From Candidatus Limimorpha sp. (GTDB taxonomy: Bacteria; Bacteroidota; Bacteroidia; Bacteroidales; F082), in NCBI GenBank assembly GCA_045127605.1, contig JBGVQR010000076.1, positions 453 through 64,452 of the forward strand: a DNA stretch of 64,000 nt, in the 5' to 3' direction. The translations under genes were made by a program, and so were the position numbers. This document shows, piece after piece, positions 51,579-60,841 of this stretch. Below the pieces are notes generated by a model, which saw only the letters and a program-made list of their open reading frames with translations, searched no databases and was not told where the DNA came from. Every line of letters starts with the position of its first letter. Position 1 is the first letter of the stretch.

Positions 51579-54167
51579 TTATCTAACAACAAGTTTCTTT
51601 GTAACGACTTGTCCTCCGATTACGTTAACAAAATACATTCCAGGTGCAAAGTCTGAAATATCTATTGTTGCAGTTCCTTCAAAGACGAAGTTACGAACTT
51701 CTTGTCCTTGCATATTAACGATATGTACACAGACGAAACCTTTGTCGTAGTCTGTTGTCAATCTCAAAGCATCGGTGGCTGGGTTAGGGAATAATCCTAC
51801 TTCGAATGGAGCTTTGTTTTCATCTACACCAGCAGTGACATAAATAGCATCAACGTTATTGCTATAGGTAACAACTTTAGCTGATACTCTTAAGATTGGA
51901 TTGTCTGCTGCCAAACAGTTAGAGCAATAATTTTGTCCGTTGACACAGTCAGGATAATTTGGATGACATTCATCAATATAAGATGGATCTAATTGATAGA
52001 ACAAATTGATTGTGCTGTCTGCAATATATTCATCGAGGCTGTAATCCCACACCATAGCCAATGAACCTGGGCACCATCCAGAACGGTTGTAAGTCCATGT
52101 ACCAGCTTGTGGTTGACAGCCAGCTGGGTTAGGATTACATGTTCTCCATAAGTGTTGTTCATAAACTTTTTCATCGTTGATGAGAATGTTATGAGTTGCT
52201 TCGTAGAACTCAGCGGCATTGCCTGTGTTATAAGCTCCGTTATTACCGCTGCTCCAGTTGTGACCTGTTGTGGTAATCTTCAAATTAGCTTTCTCTACTT
52301 CTTCTGAGAAAGTATATAATTGTGTTGGAACAGGTTGTCTGTTTCTATAATCACCAAAGTCATATATACCATTCCATATTTCATTCATATTGATATATTT
52401 ATATTCAGGTTGTCCCTTTGTCATATCAAAAATAGCTGTAGGAATATAACCTTGTCCGTCCCATGTCTGGAAGTAAAGTTCAAATTCAACGAGACCTTGT
52501 AATAATGTAGTATAATCTGTTACATCCAATTTATCGTCACATTCTCCGCCGAAAGGTGTCACATAACGATAAAGCTCAATCCATTCACCGCGATAGTTTT
52601 TGATACGGCAATGACCGACTCTGTCGTATGGGTCACATACGCCGTTGACGCAATTATGATTATATATCAAATCAATTTTATTGAAAGCATTGACATGTGT
52701 TGGAAATACATATTCATTGTAATTGTATTGTTTGCTTGGGGTCACTGCTAAATCACCATCGAAAGCTGTAACGCTGATATTATCAAATTCGTTAGTTACT
52801 TCGAATGTATTAGAAACACTTGTAACTTTTCCACCTGATTGTTGTACATTAGCTGTCATGTTGAATATACCATATTTAGTAGGTGTCCATGAAGCATACC
52901 AGTAACCATTATCTGGATTATCAGGATAAGATGTCATCAATTCGATAGTTTCACCTTCAATATCACATGTCACTGATTCAAATTTGATTGCATCGCCATG
53001 TTCGACATAAACACTAAGTGATATGATTATAGGTGATTCTAAATCATTTACATAAACCATTGTTCCGTCATAAGGACGACGAATTGTGATTTCAGGAGTA
53101 TATTTATTAGGGTCTATGACTTCGAAAGTACGTGTTACAGAAGGAGCTGCTTGCCATTCATTGTTACCGTTTTGAACAGCTTTAACTTTAACGATACCTT
53201 CCTCGCCTGTCAATGTCAAAATGTTGCCATCCAATGTAGCTGGTCCTTCTATTAATTCAAAATTAACATCTAATCCTGATGTTGCAGTAGCTTTCAATTC
53301 TATAGGTTCTGCAAATATCAATTGATCTGAAATTATAGGAAATTCTATGAATTGTGATGCCAAACCTGCTGGGATATGACGAACCAACAAATTATCATAA
53401 GCAGCATGAGAGCTGTTCAAGAAGAAGATTCCGTCCCACATAGCTGGGTCGAAACGGTCGCCAGAACCTGGCTTCAAACCAGCATTGATACCTTGAACTT
53501 CTGGAATTGGCTGAAACTCGCCAGTGCAACCATAGTCAGCAAATAATGTAACGCTACCTGCACCATCATTAGCTTCAAGGTCTATCATGATTTTCCAACG
53601 TGACCATCCTTTTTGTTCATAGTCGAAGTCAACAGCTAACTTATTATTAGGCAATACTATACCATTGACAAATTTTGGTCTTTCATCAAAACCTGTAGTT
53701 GTGAAATAAATACCGCCGTCTTTACTTGATAAATTTGGATTTGGCTCTGTTGTCTCGTAATTCATTGGTGGCAAAACAACACCGTCGCCGTCAGCATCAT
53801 AACCTACTCCGAAAACAGTTCCCCAGTGATTACGAAGAATATCTAACTCTATCTCTATAGTTCCGCCTTCTGAAAAATCAAACTGAAAATCAGGAGTTGA
53901 TTTATGTGTTGCTACTTCTCCATAGTTTGTATTAGCATTGTCAAAGAAAACAGCTAATGATTCATCAGGTGCAGTTTGTCCACCAGCACCTAAATATTCT
54001 ACTTTCAATTGTCCGCCACCAGCACTATGCGCTCTGGCAACCCAATTATCTTGACCATTTAAAATGACATCTTCTTGATAATCGTTGAAATCTTTTGTTA
54101 TGACAGTCTGCGCCTGAACAGAAACTATCATCAACAAAGAGAGAATTAAAAATACTAACTTCTTCAT
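51579..54167 (-). CDS. T9SS-sorted PNGase F-like multidomain protein, paralog 2
   Basis: 862 aa with the same architecture as 40025-42577, roughly half the residues identical by eye. Contains CVNGVCDPYDR, NAAEF and WTYNRSGWCPG. YFQTW replaces YFESW. T9SS CTD: FPNPATDALRL...MYFVNVIGG...KKLVVR. Confidence 0.75.
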   Translation of the reverse strand: MKKLVFLILSLLMIVSVQAQTVITKDFNDYQEDVILNGQDNWVARAHSAGGGQLKVEYLGAGGQTAPDESLAVFFDNANTNYGEVATHKSTPDFQFDFSEGGTIEIELDILRNHWGTVFGVGYDADGDGVVLPPMNYETTEPNPNLSSKDGGIYFTTTGFDERPKFVNGIVLPNNKLAVDFDYEQKGWSRWKIMIDLEANDGAGSVTLFADYGCTGEFQPIPEVQGINAGLKPGSGDRFDPAMWDGIFFLNSSHAAYDNLLVRHIPAGLASQFIEFPIISDQLIFAEPIELKATATSGLDVNFELIEGPATLDGNILTLTGEEGIVKVKAVQNGNNEWQAAPSVTRTFEVIDPNKYTPEITIRRPYDGTMVYVNDLESPIIISLSVYVEHGDAIKFESVTCDIEGETIELMTSYPDNPDNGYWYASWTPTKYGIFNMTANVQQSGGKVTSVSNTFEVTNEFDNISVTAFDGDLAVTPSKQYNYNEYVFPTHVNAFNKIDLIYNHNCVNGVCDPYDRVGHCRIKNYRGEWIELYRYVTPFGGECDDKLDVTDYTTLLQGLVEFELYFQTWDGQGYIPTAIFDMTKGQPEYKYINMNEIWNGIYDFGDYRNRQPVPTQLYTFSEEVEKANLKITTTGHNWSSGNNGAYNTGNAAEFYEATHNILINDEKVYEQHLWRTCNPNPAGCQPQAGTWTYNRSGWCPGSLAMVWDYSLDEYIADSTINLFYQLDPSYIDECHPNYPDCVNGQNYCSNCLAADNPILRVSAKVVTYSNNVDAIYVTAGVDENKAPFEVGLFPNPATDALRLTTDYDKGFVCVHIVNMQGQEVRNFVFEGTATIDISDFAPGMYFVNVIGGQVVTKKLVVR

Positions 54168-54187
54168 AACTTTTTATGTTTTATTTA

Positions 54188-55729
54188 TTAATCTCTAACA
54201 ACAACTTTCTTTGTTAATACATTTTCACCTAATATCTTAACAAAGTAAACACCACTATTTAAATCTTTAATATCTACTGTAGTGCTTGTCTCAAACGAAA
54301 ATTCTTTGACTGTCTGTCCTAATGAATTGACAATAACAACATCTTTTACACCTTCTGTTTCTGCTGCTAATGTTAATGTATTTTTAGCAGGATTTGGGAA
54401 AATATTTATATAATTGTATTCATTTTCCATAACATTTTCTGGTGATAATGTAGCCAATGTTGCAACACAAGCAAGATTCATTTGTGTGAAAATTTGTGAT
54501 TGTTCAAAAGAATTGACACTTGCACCTATAACATCATTACCTGTGTGCATGTATGGACTTGGATTATCTTTGTCTTCAAAAGGATAAATTCCCATGAAAC
54601 CATTCTTATTGAATGATGTATGGTCACTGTCACCTTTATTGAATGTTACGTGACGTACTTGTAATTCTGGGAAATAAACACCAGCTAAGTTCATATAATA
54701 TTCACCAAGAGTAGCAACATTATCTGGATAAATCAAGTCGATATGAATTTCATTGCCTTCATGTAAATAACCATTCATGTCATTATTGAAATAAGCAACT
54801 ACATCATAACCCATATCTGCACAAAATGATGCGTATGCACCGCTACCAATCAAACCTTGTTCTTCAGCAGAAAATGCACAATAAATAATTGTACGTTCAA
54901 AACTGTATTGTGATAAAATTCTTGCTGTCTCTAAAACTGTAGCAACACCTGTTGCGTTATCGTCAGCGCCTGGACACATACCTGAATGGCTGTATGAATC
55001 GTAGTGGCTACCGCAGATAATATATTGGTCAGGATATTTTGTTCCCCATTGTGTTGCGATAATATTTGGTGATGATTCATTTACACCATATTTAAATTCA
55101 AATTGTTCAACTTCCAAACCATCAAGTTCATTGAATCCTAAATTTTCAAATTGTTCGTAAATCCAATCTCCTGCTGCGTATGCTTCTGTTGAGTTGTAAT
55201 ATCTTCTTTCGTAATCTTGTAAATGTTGAACTGTAACTTCTAAATTTTCAATTTCAACTTCATTCATTAATTCTCTAACTATTTGATCTTCTTCTGTTAC
55301 TGTTGGAAATTCGTTACGATATGCTTGAGCTAATCTTGCAGTTTTATTATCGATTGCAACAACACCATCATTTTTATAAGGGTTAATATTATCAGCCAAT
55401 GGTTTGACAATCAATAAATCATCATTACTGAATAAAACTTCAATATTTTCTCTCTCAATATAACTTTGTTGATTTTCTTTTTCACAATAAACTATGTAAT
55501 ACAAATCATTGTCTTCAAAAGATTTTTCATCTAACAAAATCATATTGTCATTAATATTTTCTGATGTAGCAAGTACAAAATTATCATTGTAATAATGAAT
55601 ATCAATGTCTTGATTGTTAAATATTTCTCTTAAATTTTGCTGATTTTTAACTTTAATCATCACAAAATTATCTGCAAACATTATTGAAGTGATGCATAAT
55701 GCTAATAAAAGTAAAATTGTCTTCTTCAT
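54188..55729 (-). CDS. M28-family metallopeptidase with a T9SS C-terminal sorting domain
   Basis: The ATG at 55729 gives the signal peptide MKKTILLLLALCITSIMFA. M28 motifs HYDS, GADDNATGVA and FSAEEQGLIGS. CTD: FPNPAKNTLTL...VYFVKILGENV. Confidence 0.85.
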   Translation of the reverse strand: MKKTILLLLALCITSIMFADNFVMIKVKNQQNLREIFNNQDIDIHYYNDNFVLATSENINDNMILLDEKSFEDNDLYYIVYCEKENQQSYIERENIEVLFSNDDLLIVKPLADNINPYKNDGVVAIDNKTARLAQAYRNEFPTVTEEDQIVRELMNEVEIENLEVTVQHLQDYERRYYNSTEAYAAGDWIYEQFENLGFNELDGLEVEQFEFKYGVNESSPNIIATQWGTKYPDQYIICGSHYDSYSHSGMCPGADDNATGVATVLETARILSQYSFERTIIYCAFSAEEQGLIGSGAYASFCADMGYDVVAYFNNDMNGYLHEGNEIHIDLIYPDNVATLGEYYMNLAGVYFPELQVRHVTFNKGDSDHTSFNKNGFMGIYPFEDKDNPSPYMHTGNDVIGASVNSFEQSQIFTQMNLACVATLATLSPENVMENEYNYINIFPNPAKNTLTLAAETEGVKDVVIVNSLGQTVKEFSFETSTTVDIKDLNSGVYFVKILGENVLTKKVVVRD

Positions 55730-55730
55730 C

Positions 55731-57110
55731 TTATTTATTATTATTGTTAATATTTTTCCAATACTCTGAAAATGATTCCTTTGCAAATTTTGGTAATTCT
55801 CTTTTGGTTCCCCATTTTTTCTTTATATGATAACTTAATTCCATATCTTTGAAACTGCTACCATATTTGTCGATATTTTTCCTGCTAGTCATTTTTTTCA
55901 TTAATAGATTGAAAAAATTTTTCTCGCCTACCAACGATTTATCTAGCTTTATCAAGTCTTTTCTATTTTCTAAAAATAAATCTTTCAAAGAGATGTTAAC
56001 AGGACAAACCTCTGAACATCTGCCACATAATGTACATAATGAACAGAAATGAGATGTTTCTTCTATATCTTTTAATAATGGTAAAGAAATAGAACCTACT
56101 GGTCCTGGATTGTATTCTTCATAAGTATGACCGCCTACTGTATTATAAATAGGGCATACTTCCAAACAAGCTCCGCATTGAATACATGATAAGATATTTC
56201 TTTGTTTGTCTTTTGATAAAATATTGGTTCTATTGTTATTAAGTAAAATAACATACAACTTTTGAACCTCGCCATTATTTGTCAATGGTTTATTTACAAA
56301 AGAATATAAAGAAGATACGTTATTGTTTGAATCGTATAAAGACGATAATGGTAATAAAACTCCCAACTCGTCCATAGAACTTATCATTTTATCAATACCA
56401 GCAACGATAATATGTATAGGCGCATATGTACTTGATTTTAAAATATTTCCTTCATTTTCAGTCAACACTATTGTGCCAGTGTTGGAGACCAGGAAATTAG
56501 CTCCAGTTATTAAAGCTTCTGGTTGATAAATATCTTTTCTTAATGTATTTTTGGTGAAAGCTGTTAGTTGCCTCTCATTGCAACCTTCTTTTATACCGAA
56601 ATTGGTCGCGTATAAATCAGCTACTTGCTCTGTGGTTTTATGAGCTGCCGACGACTTGAAATTATATGGTTTCTCGTTAAAAACACCACATATAAAGTCA
56701 CCGATGTTGGTATCGGTGACTTTTATTTTTTTCATTTCAAGATAAGATATCAAATCTATTTCTTCTAATGTGGTACTCTTTGTCTTGACGATTTTCTTTA
56801 CTCTATTCTGACTTAAAATATCGTAAATCATTTTTCTAGCTTCGTCAGAGTCGTTGGCCCACAACAAATTACCACCATTATTGGTGAAATTGGTATCGAA
56901 ATCGACTAATAACTTATCTAATTTTTTAAAAGCCTTGCTTCTTATGTTAAAGGCTCTTTGTTTTTCTAGTTCTATATTCGAATAATAATTGGAACGATTT
57001 TTAACATTCTGCATAAAAGAATCATAACGTAACATCATATTTTCATAATGTTCGTCATCGAAAGCTATCTTTTTTGCATTCTGATTAAAAACTATCCCTT
57101 TATCATTCAT
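55731..57110 (-). CDS. LutB/YkgF-like LUD-domain iron-sulfur protein
   Basis: About 459 aa. Two 4Fe-4S motifs, CIQCGACLEVCP and CSLCTLCGRCSEVCP, follow a LUD-like domain. I use the ATG at 57110 because the ORF-track start is a GTG. Confidence 0.7.
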   Translation of the reverse strand: MNDKGIVFNQNAKKIAFDDEHYENMMLRYDSFMQNVKNRSNYYSNIELEKQRAFNIRSKAFKKLDKLLVDFDTNFTNNGGNLLWANDSDEARKMIYDILSQNRVKKIVKTKSTTLEEIDLISYLEMKKIKVTDTNIGDFICGVFNEKPYNFKSSAAHKTTEQVADLYATNFGIKEGCNERQLTAFTKNTLRKDIYQPEALITGANFLVSNTGTIVLTENEGNILKSSTYAPIHIIVAGIDKMISSMDELGVLLPLSSLYDSNNNVSSLYSFVNKPLTNNGEVQKLYVILLNNNRTNILSKDKQRNILSCIQCGACLEVCPIYNTVGGHTYEEYNPGPVGSISLPLLKDIEETSHFCSLCTLCGRCSEVCPVNISLKDLFLENRKDLIKLDKSLVGEKNFFNLLMKKMTSRKNIDKYGSSFKDMELSYHIKKKWGTKRELPKFAKESFSEYWKNINNNNK

Positions 57111-57121
57111 GCACACCTATA

Positions 57122-57559
57122 TTATTTAAGGTTAATTTTTGCAACTCTGTTAGCGTGACGTCCGCCTTCAAAATCTGTTGTCAAATAAGCTTGAACTATT
57201 TCCCAAGCTAATTCGTTTTCGATGAAACGACCAGGAAGTGTCAATATGTTAGCATCGTTATGTTGACGTGCTAATCTTCCAAGTTCTACATTCCAGCAAA
57301 GAGCAGCTCTTACGTTTGGATGTTTGTTAGCTGTCATCTGTGCGCCATTACCGCTGCCACATAAAATAATACCAAGTGGATAAACTCCATCTTGAATATC
57401 CTGTGCCAATGGATGGATGTAATCTGGATAATCTACACTTTCTTCTGAAAATGTTCCGTAATCTTTAACTTCGTAACCGCTTTCTATCAGTCTTTCAATG
57501 ATATATTGCTTCATGGCAAATCCACCATGATCGCAAGCTATAGGAATTAATCTTTTCAT
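57122..57559 (-). CDS. rpiB: Ribose-5-phosphate isomerase B
   Basis: 145 aa. IACDHGG, CGSGNG and other RpiB/LacAB-family motifs. Confidence 0.9.
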   Translation of the reverse strand: MKRLIPIACDHGGFAMKQYIIERLIESGYEVKDYGTFSEESVDYPDYIHPLAQDIQDGVYPLGIILCGSGNGAQMTANKHPNVRAALCWNVELGRLARQHNDANILTLPGRFIENELAWEIVQAYLTTDFEGGRHANRVAKINLK

Positions 57560-58053
57560 ATTACAATTGTTGATAAATTTTTACAAAGTTAAAAAATATT
57601 TCAATGATTAAATACTATTTTTCTCACTAATTATGAATATTTTACAAAAAAAAATCAGTCATCTGTTTATTATGTATATTATTACTAATCAATACTTTAA
57701 AAGTTATCAACATTTTTATTGTTAATAACTCTTAAACTTGTTAATTTTATTTTAAAACTTTTTAACAAATCAACATTTTTACGTTTTGAACAAAATTTAT
57801 CCTCGTTTGTTAACATGTTTAAACAAAGTTATCAACAATAAAAATAAGGGTTATTTTTGTGATTTATAATCATTTAATGAGTTATCAACAATGACTCATT
57901 CATCCAATTTTTCATATTAATTTTAATTTTTAAAAAAATATATATAAAAGAATGAGAGGGGATGAACTAAGAACTTTGAACTTATATTTTATTTTTTAAG
58001 TTCAATGTCAAAGTTCAGTGTCAGAGTTCAGCGTCAGAGTTCTTAGTAAATAA
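57560..58053. other. 494-bp very AT-rich non-coding region carrying repeated GTTATCAACA boxes
   Basis: Exact 10-mers at 57703-57712, 57828-57837 and 57881-57890. Reverse 9-mer tgttgataa at 57568-57576. Reverse variant tgttaataac at 57720-57729. ATCAACATTTTTA occurs twice (57706, 57769). There is no ORF of 60 aa or more. Confidence 0.8.
58000..58046 (-). repeat. Family B word array downstream of the GT2 gene stop
   Basis: The gene-sense strand reads cTAAgaactcTGAcgcTGAactcTGAcacTGAacttTGAcatTGAac, with stops every 6-7 nt. Confidence 0.85.
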
Positions 58054-59187
58054 TTATCGTTTCCACTTTACATTAATTAACATTCCGCTGATGGCTGTGA
58101 AGACTGCATAAAATGGATATATGAATTCGAGTGGTAAAGTCCATTTCAGAAGACCGCTTTGATTCATGAATGATGTTATGTTTTTAAGAAGCGGCAAATC
58201 TATAAATAATTTAAGGAGTGTTAAAAGAAAATAAAGACTCCACAAGGCTGGGATAAAAAACGCGCTTACAAACAACGAAACTATGCTTAAATTGAAAAAT
58301 AAAACAATGAAAGCTGTAGCTAATATTTTCCAGCTTGTATATGCTTTGGTTTTTGAAACCCATCTTCTTCTTTGACGGAAAAATTCTGAAACTGTTTTAC
58401 ATGTTTTTGTTTCAACTATTGCTGATTTGCTCAATAAGAATTTTACACTTTGATGTCCATAATTCTTGACGAATTGTTCCATTAAAAACATGTCGTCGCC
58501 CGAAGGAATGTTAAAATCTTTTCTGAATTTTTCAACTTCTAAAGCTGCTTCTCTTTCGTAAGCCATATTTGCTCCGTTGCACATCACAGGAAAACCTATA
58601 TTTGCAGAACCTGCTGTGCTTCCTATCAGACTCAAATGTTCTAAAACCTGAATCTTTTCAAAAAATGTTTCAGCTGGTGCCAGCAAAACAGGAGCTAAAA
58701 TCATCTTGCATTTTTTTTCATTATAAAAATTAACAATGCTTTCAATCCATGTTGTTTTAAGAACACAATCGGCATCAGTGACAATAACTAAATCATTGTG
58801 TGCCAAATGTAAAGCCTGTGAAATTGCAAACTTCTTTCCTTCTTTTTCAGCACTGAAAATTTTTATGTTGATGTCGTTATTTACCTTAATGAAATTTTCG
58901 ACTATTAATAAGGTGTTGTCCTTAGAATGATCATCTATGATTATTACTTCAAATAAATCTTTTGCAAATGTTTGATTATAAAGTGATTTTAATAATCTTT
59001 CAATATTATTCTCTTCATTTCTTGCGGCTATCAAAATGGAAACTTTAAGGTCATTTTTTTTGTTGAAAGTGAAAAATCTTTCCTTTAAGCTATATAATCC
59101 GTAAGTGAATGCAAAAATACAAATTAGATATAAAGCACTTATAATCAGTATTATATTTAATAATATTTGAAGAAGTTCAAGATTCAT
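58054..59187 (-). CDS. Family 2 glycosyltransferase (membrane-anchored)
   Basis: 377 aa. GT2 pattern VSILIAARNEENNI...IIIDDHSKDNT...TDADC, with N- and C-terminal transmembrane segments. Confidence 0.8.
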   Translation of the reverse strand: MNLELLQILLNIILIISALYLICIFAFTYGLYSLKERFFTFNKKNDLKVSILIAARNEENNIERLLKSLYNQTFAKDLFEVIIIDDHSKDNTLLIVENFIKVNNDINIKIFSAEKEGKKFAISQALHLAHNDLVIVTDADCVLKTTWIESIVNFYNEKKCKMILAPVLLAPAETFFEKIQVLEHLSLIGSTAGSANIGFPVMCNGANMAYEREAALEVEKFRKDFNIPSGDDMFLMEQFVKNYGHQSVKFLLSKSAIVETKTCKTVSEFFRQRRRWVSKTKAYTSWKILATAFIVLFFNLSIVSLFVSAFFIPALWSLYFLLTLLKLFIDLPLLKNITSFMNQSGLLKWTLPLEFIYPFYAVFTAISGMLINVKWKR

Positions 59188-60166
59188 TTTTTCTAAAAAA
59201 TTTAAAGCGATGTATTAAAAATAATCCCAAAACAGCTGGAATTGCAATGTTGAAAATCCATAATAAAGAACTTGCAGAAAATACCATTATTCCGTATTCT
59301 GAACTTATATTGTTAAGTATCAACCATTTTTCAAATACTAAAATACTTACAGAACCTCTTACTGCAATTTCTGTAATTGTGATAAATGGTATCACCATCA
59401 TCAGTAAATATGTTAATGAAATAGGTATCATTGCTTCCATATAATTTAATGGTATGTTGAAAGCCCATATTAGAAGCACGAATTGGAAGGTGTAGAGAAA
59501 ATATCTTAAAAAAGATAATGTTAAAATTTTTAACAATTCGACTTTATTATATAGTGAAAATATTTCAAAATATTCTTTAGTCTTTTCTTTAAATTTTTTA
59601 GGGATTAAAAACTGAAAATATTTTAAGAAATGAATATTGAAATACATTATTAATAATAGTGCTATTATGGAAATTGCAGCTATTAAGAAAAGTATAAAAT
59701 TTTTATTAACGAAAAACATTAAAGAAAGTAACCCTATGCTTACAGTCGCTATCATTTGTCCCATACCTCCGACAATTGTAACCATAGCAGCTTTTATTCT
59801 ATCTCCTTTTTCCAACATGAAAATCCTGCCAAGAAAATTGCCCATTCTGTTAGGAAAAAACATTCCAGATGTCATTCCTGTAAAAATAGAAAGAAATGAT
59901 TTCCATTTACTTATATCTTCAATTGGCCTAAGTTGTACTTTCCATTTTATACCTTCTAAATAAATATTAACAGAAACTAATAAAAATGCTAAAAGTATTA
60001 AAATATAATTTTGGGTTGAAGTGACTGACGATTTCAAATCAGTCATGAGTTGTGTAATATTTTGGTTATGAAATATTTTTTTATATAAAATCCAAATGCC
60101 TAATAGTACTATTACTATTTTGATTATTATTTCTGTGAATTTTATTATTTTTGCTTTACTATTCAT
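59177..60166 (-). CDS. UPF0104 / lysylphosphatidylglycerol-synthase-like transmembrane-domain (flippase-like) protein
   Basis: Polytopic membrane protein overlapping the GT2 gene start by 11 nt. I use the ATG at 60166. The family call is tentative. Confidence 0.55.
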   Translation of the reverse strand: MNSKAKIIKFTEIIIKIVIVLLGIWILYKKIFHNQNITQLMTDLKSSVTSTQNYILILLAFLLVSVNIYLEGIKWKVQLRPIEDISKWKSFLSIFTGMTSGMFFPNRMGNFLGRIFMLEKGDRIKAAMVTIVGGMGQMIATVSIGLLSLMFFVNKNFILFLIAAISIIALLLIMYFNIHFLKYFQFLIPKKFKEKTKEYFEIFSLYNKVELLKILTLSFLRYFLYTFQFVLLIWAFNIPLNYMEAMIPISLTYLLMMVIPFITITEIAVRGSVSILVFEKWLILNNISSEYGIMVFSASSLLWIFNIAIPAVLGLFLIHRFKFFRKNES

Positions 60167-60188
60167 AACTCTACAAAAATAAAAAAAA

Positions 60189-60785
60189 TTGGTTAAGGAA
60201 AGGATAATATTAGGCATAGACCCAGGAACTTTGATAATGGGTTACAGTTTGATTATGCAGAGAGACAAGCAGCTTTCTTTATTAAGAATGGGTGTCTTAA
60301 AGTTGAAACAATATGATAATCAAGCTTTAAAGTTAAAGAAAATTTTTGAAAGAGTTTTAGAAATTATAGACGAATATCATCCTGATGAGTTAGCCATTGA
60401 GGCTCCATTTTATGGTAAAAATGTTCAGTCGATGTTGAAACTAGGCAGAGCGCAAGGTGTTGCAATGGCAGCTGCATTATACAGAGACATTCCAATTTTC
60501 GAATATTCACCTCGTAAAATAAAACAGTCGATAACAGGTAATGGAGCAGCGTCGAAGGAACAAGTAGCTATTATGCTACAGAAAATCATTAAGTTTGATC
60601 ACTTGCCAGATTTTTTAGACGCTACTGACGCCACAGCAGCTGCAGTGTGTCATTATTTCCAACGATCACTTAATATCGTTAACGATACCGACGAAACTAA
60701 AACTGTTAAAATACCTAAAGCAAAAAAATCATCAAGCTCTAGCTGGCTCACCTTTATTAATAATAATCCAGACAGAACAATTTGA
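60189..60785 (+). CDS. ruvC: Crossover junction endodeoxyribonuclease RuvC
   Basis: IILGIDPG...[23 protein letters not shown]...[11 protein letters not shown]. The apparent start is a TTG at 60189. The C-terminal extension is about 35 aa and Lys/Ser-rich. Confidence 0.85.
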   Translation: MVKERIILGIDPGTLIMGYSLIMQRDKQLSLLRMGVLKLKQYDNQALKLKKIFERVLEIIDEYHPDELAIEAPFYGKNVQSMLKLGRAQGVAMAAALYRDIPIFEYSPRKIKQSITGNGAASKEQVAIMLQKIIKFDHLPDFLDATDATAAAVCHYFQRSLNIVNDTDETKTVKIPKAKKSSSSSWLTFINNNPDRTI

Positions 60786-60841
60786 AAATTGAAAACTGAA
60801 AATTGAAAATTACCTTAACTTTCGAATTTCAATTTTCAATT
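60786..60841. terminator. Palindromic heptad-word hairpin (family E) filling the convergent gap after ruvC
   Basis: TGA triplets exactly 7 nt apart at 60783 (the real stop), 60790, 60797 and 60804. The mirror arm ttcgaatttcaattttcaatttt ends at the stop of the 60842 gene. Confidence 0.7.

Noticed and set aside
57560-58053. A hidden protein-coding gene or tRNA in the 494-bp AT-rich gap
   Set aside because: No ORF of 60 aa or more exists on either strand, and I could not fold a cloverleaf or find conserved T-loop or D-loop motifs. The region is kept only as a non-coding finding.
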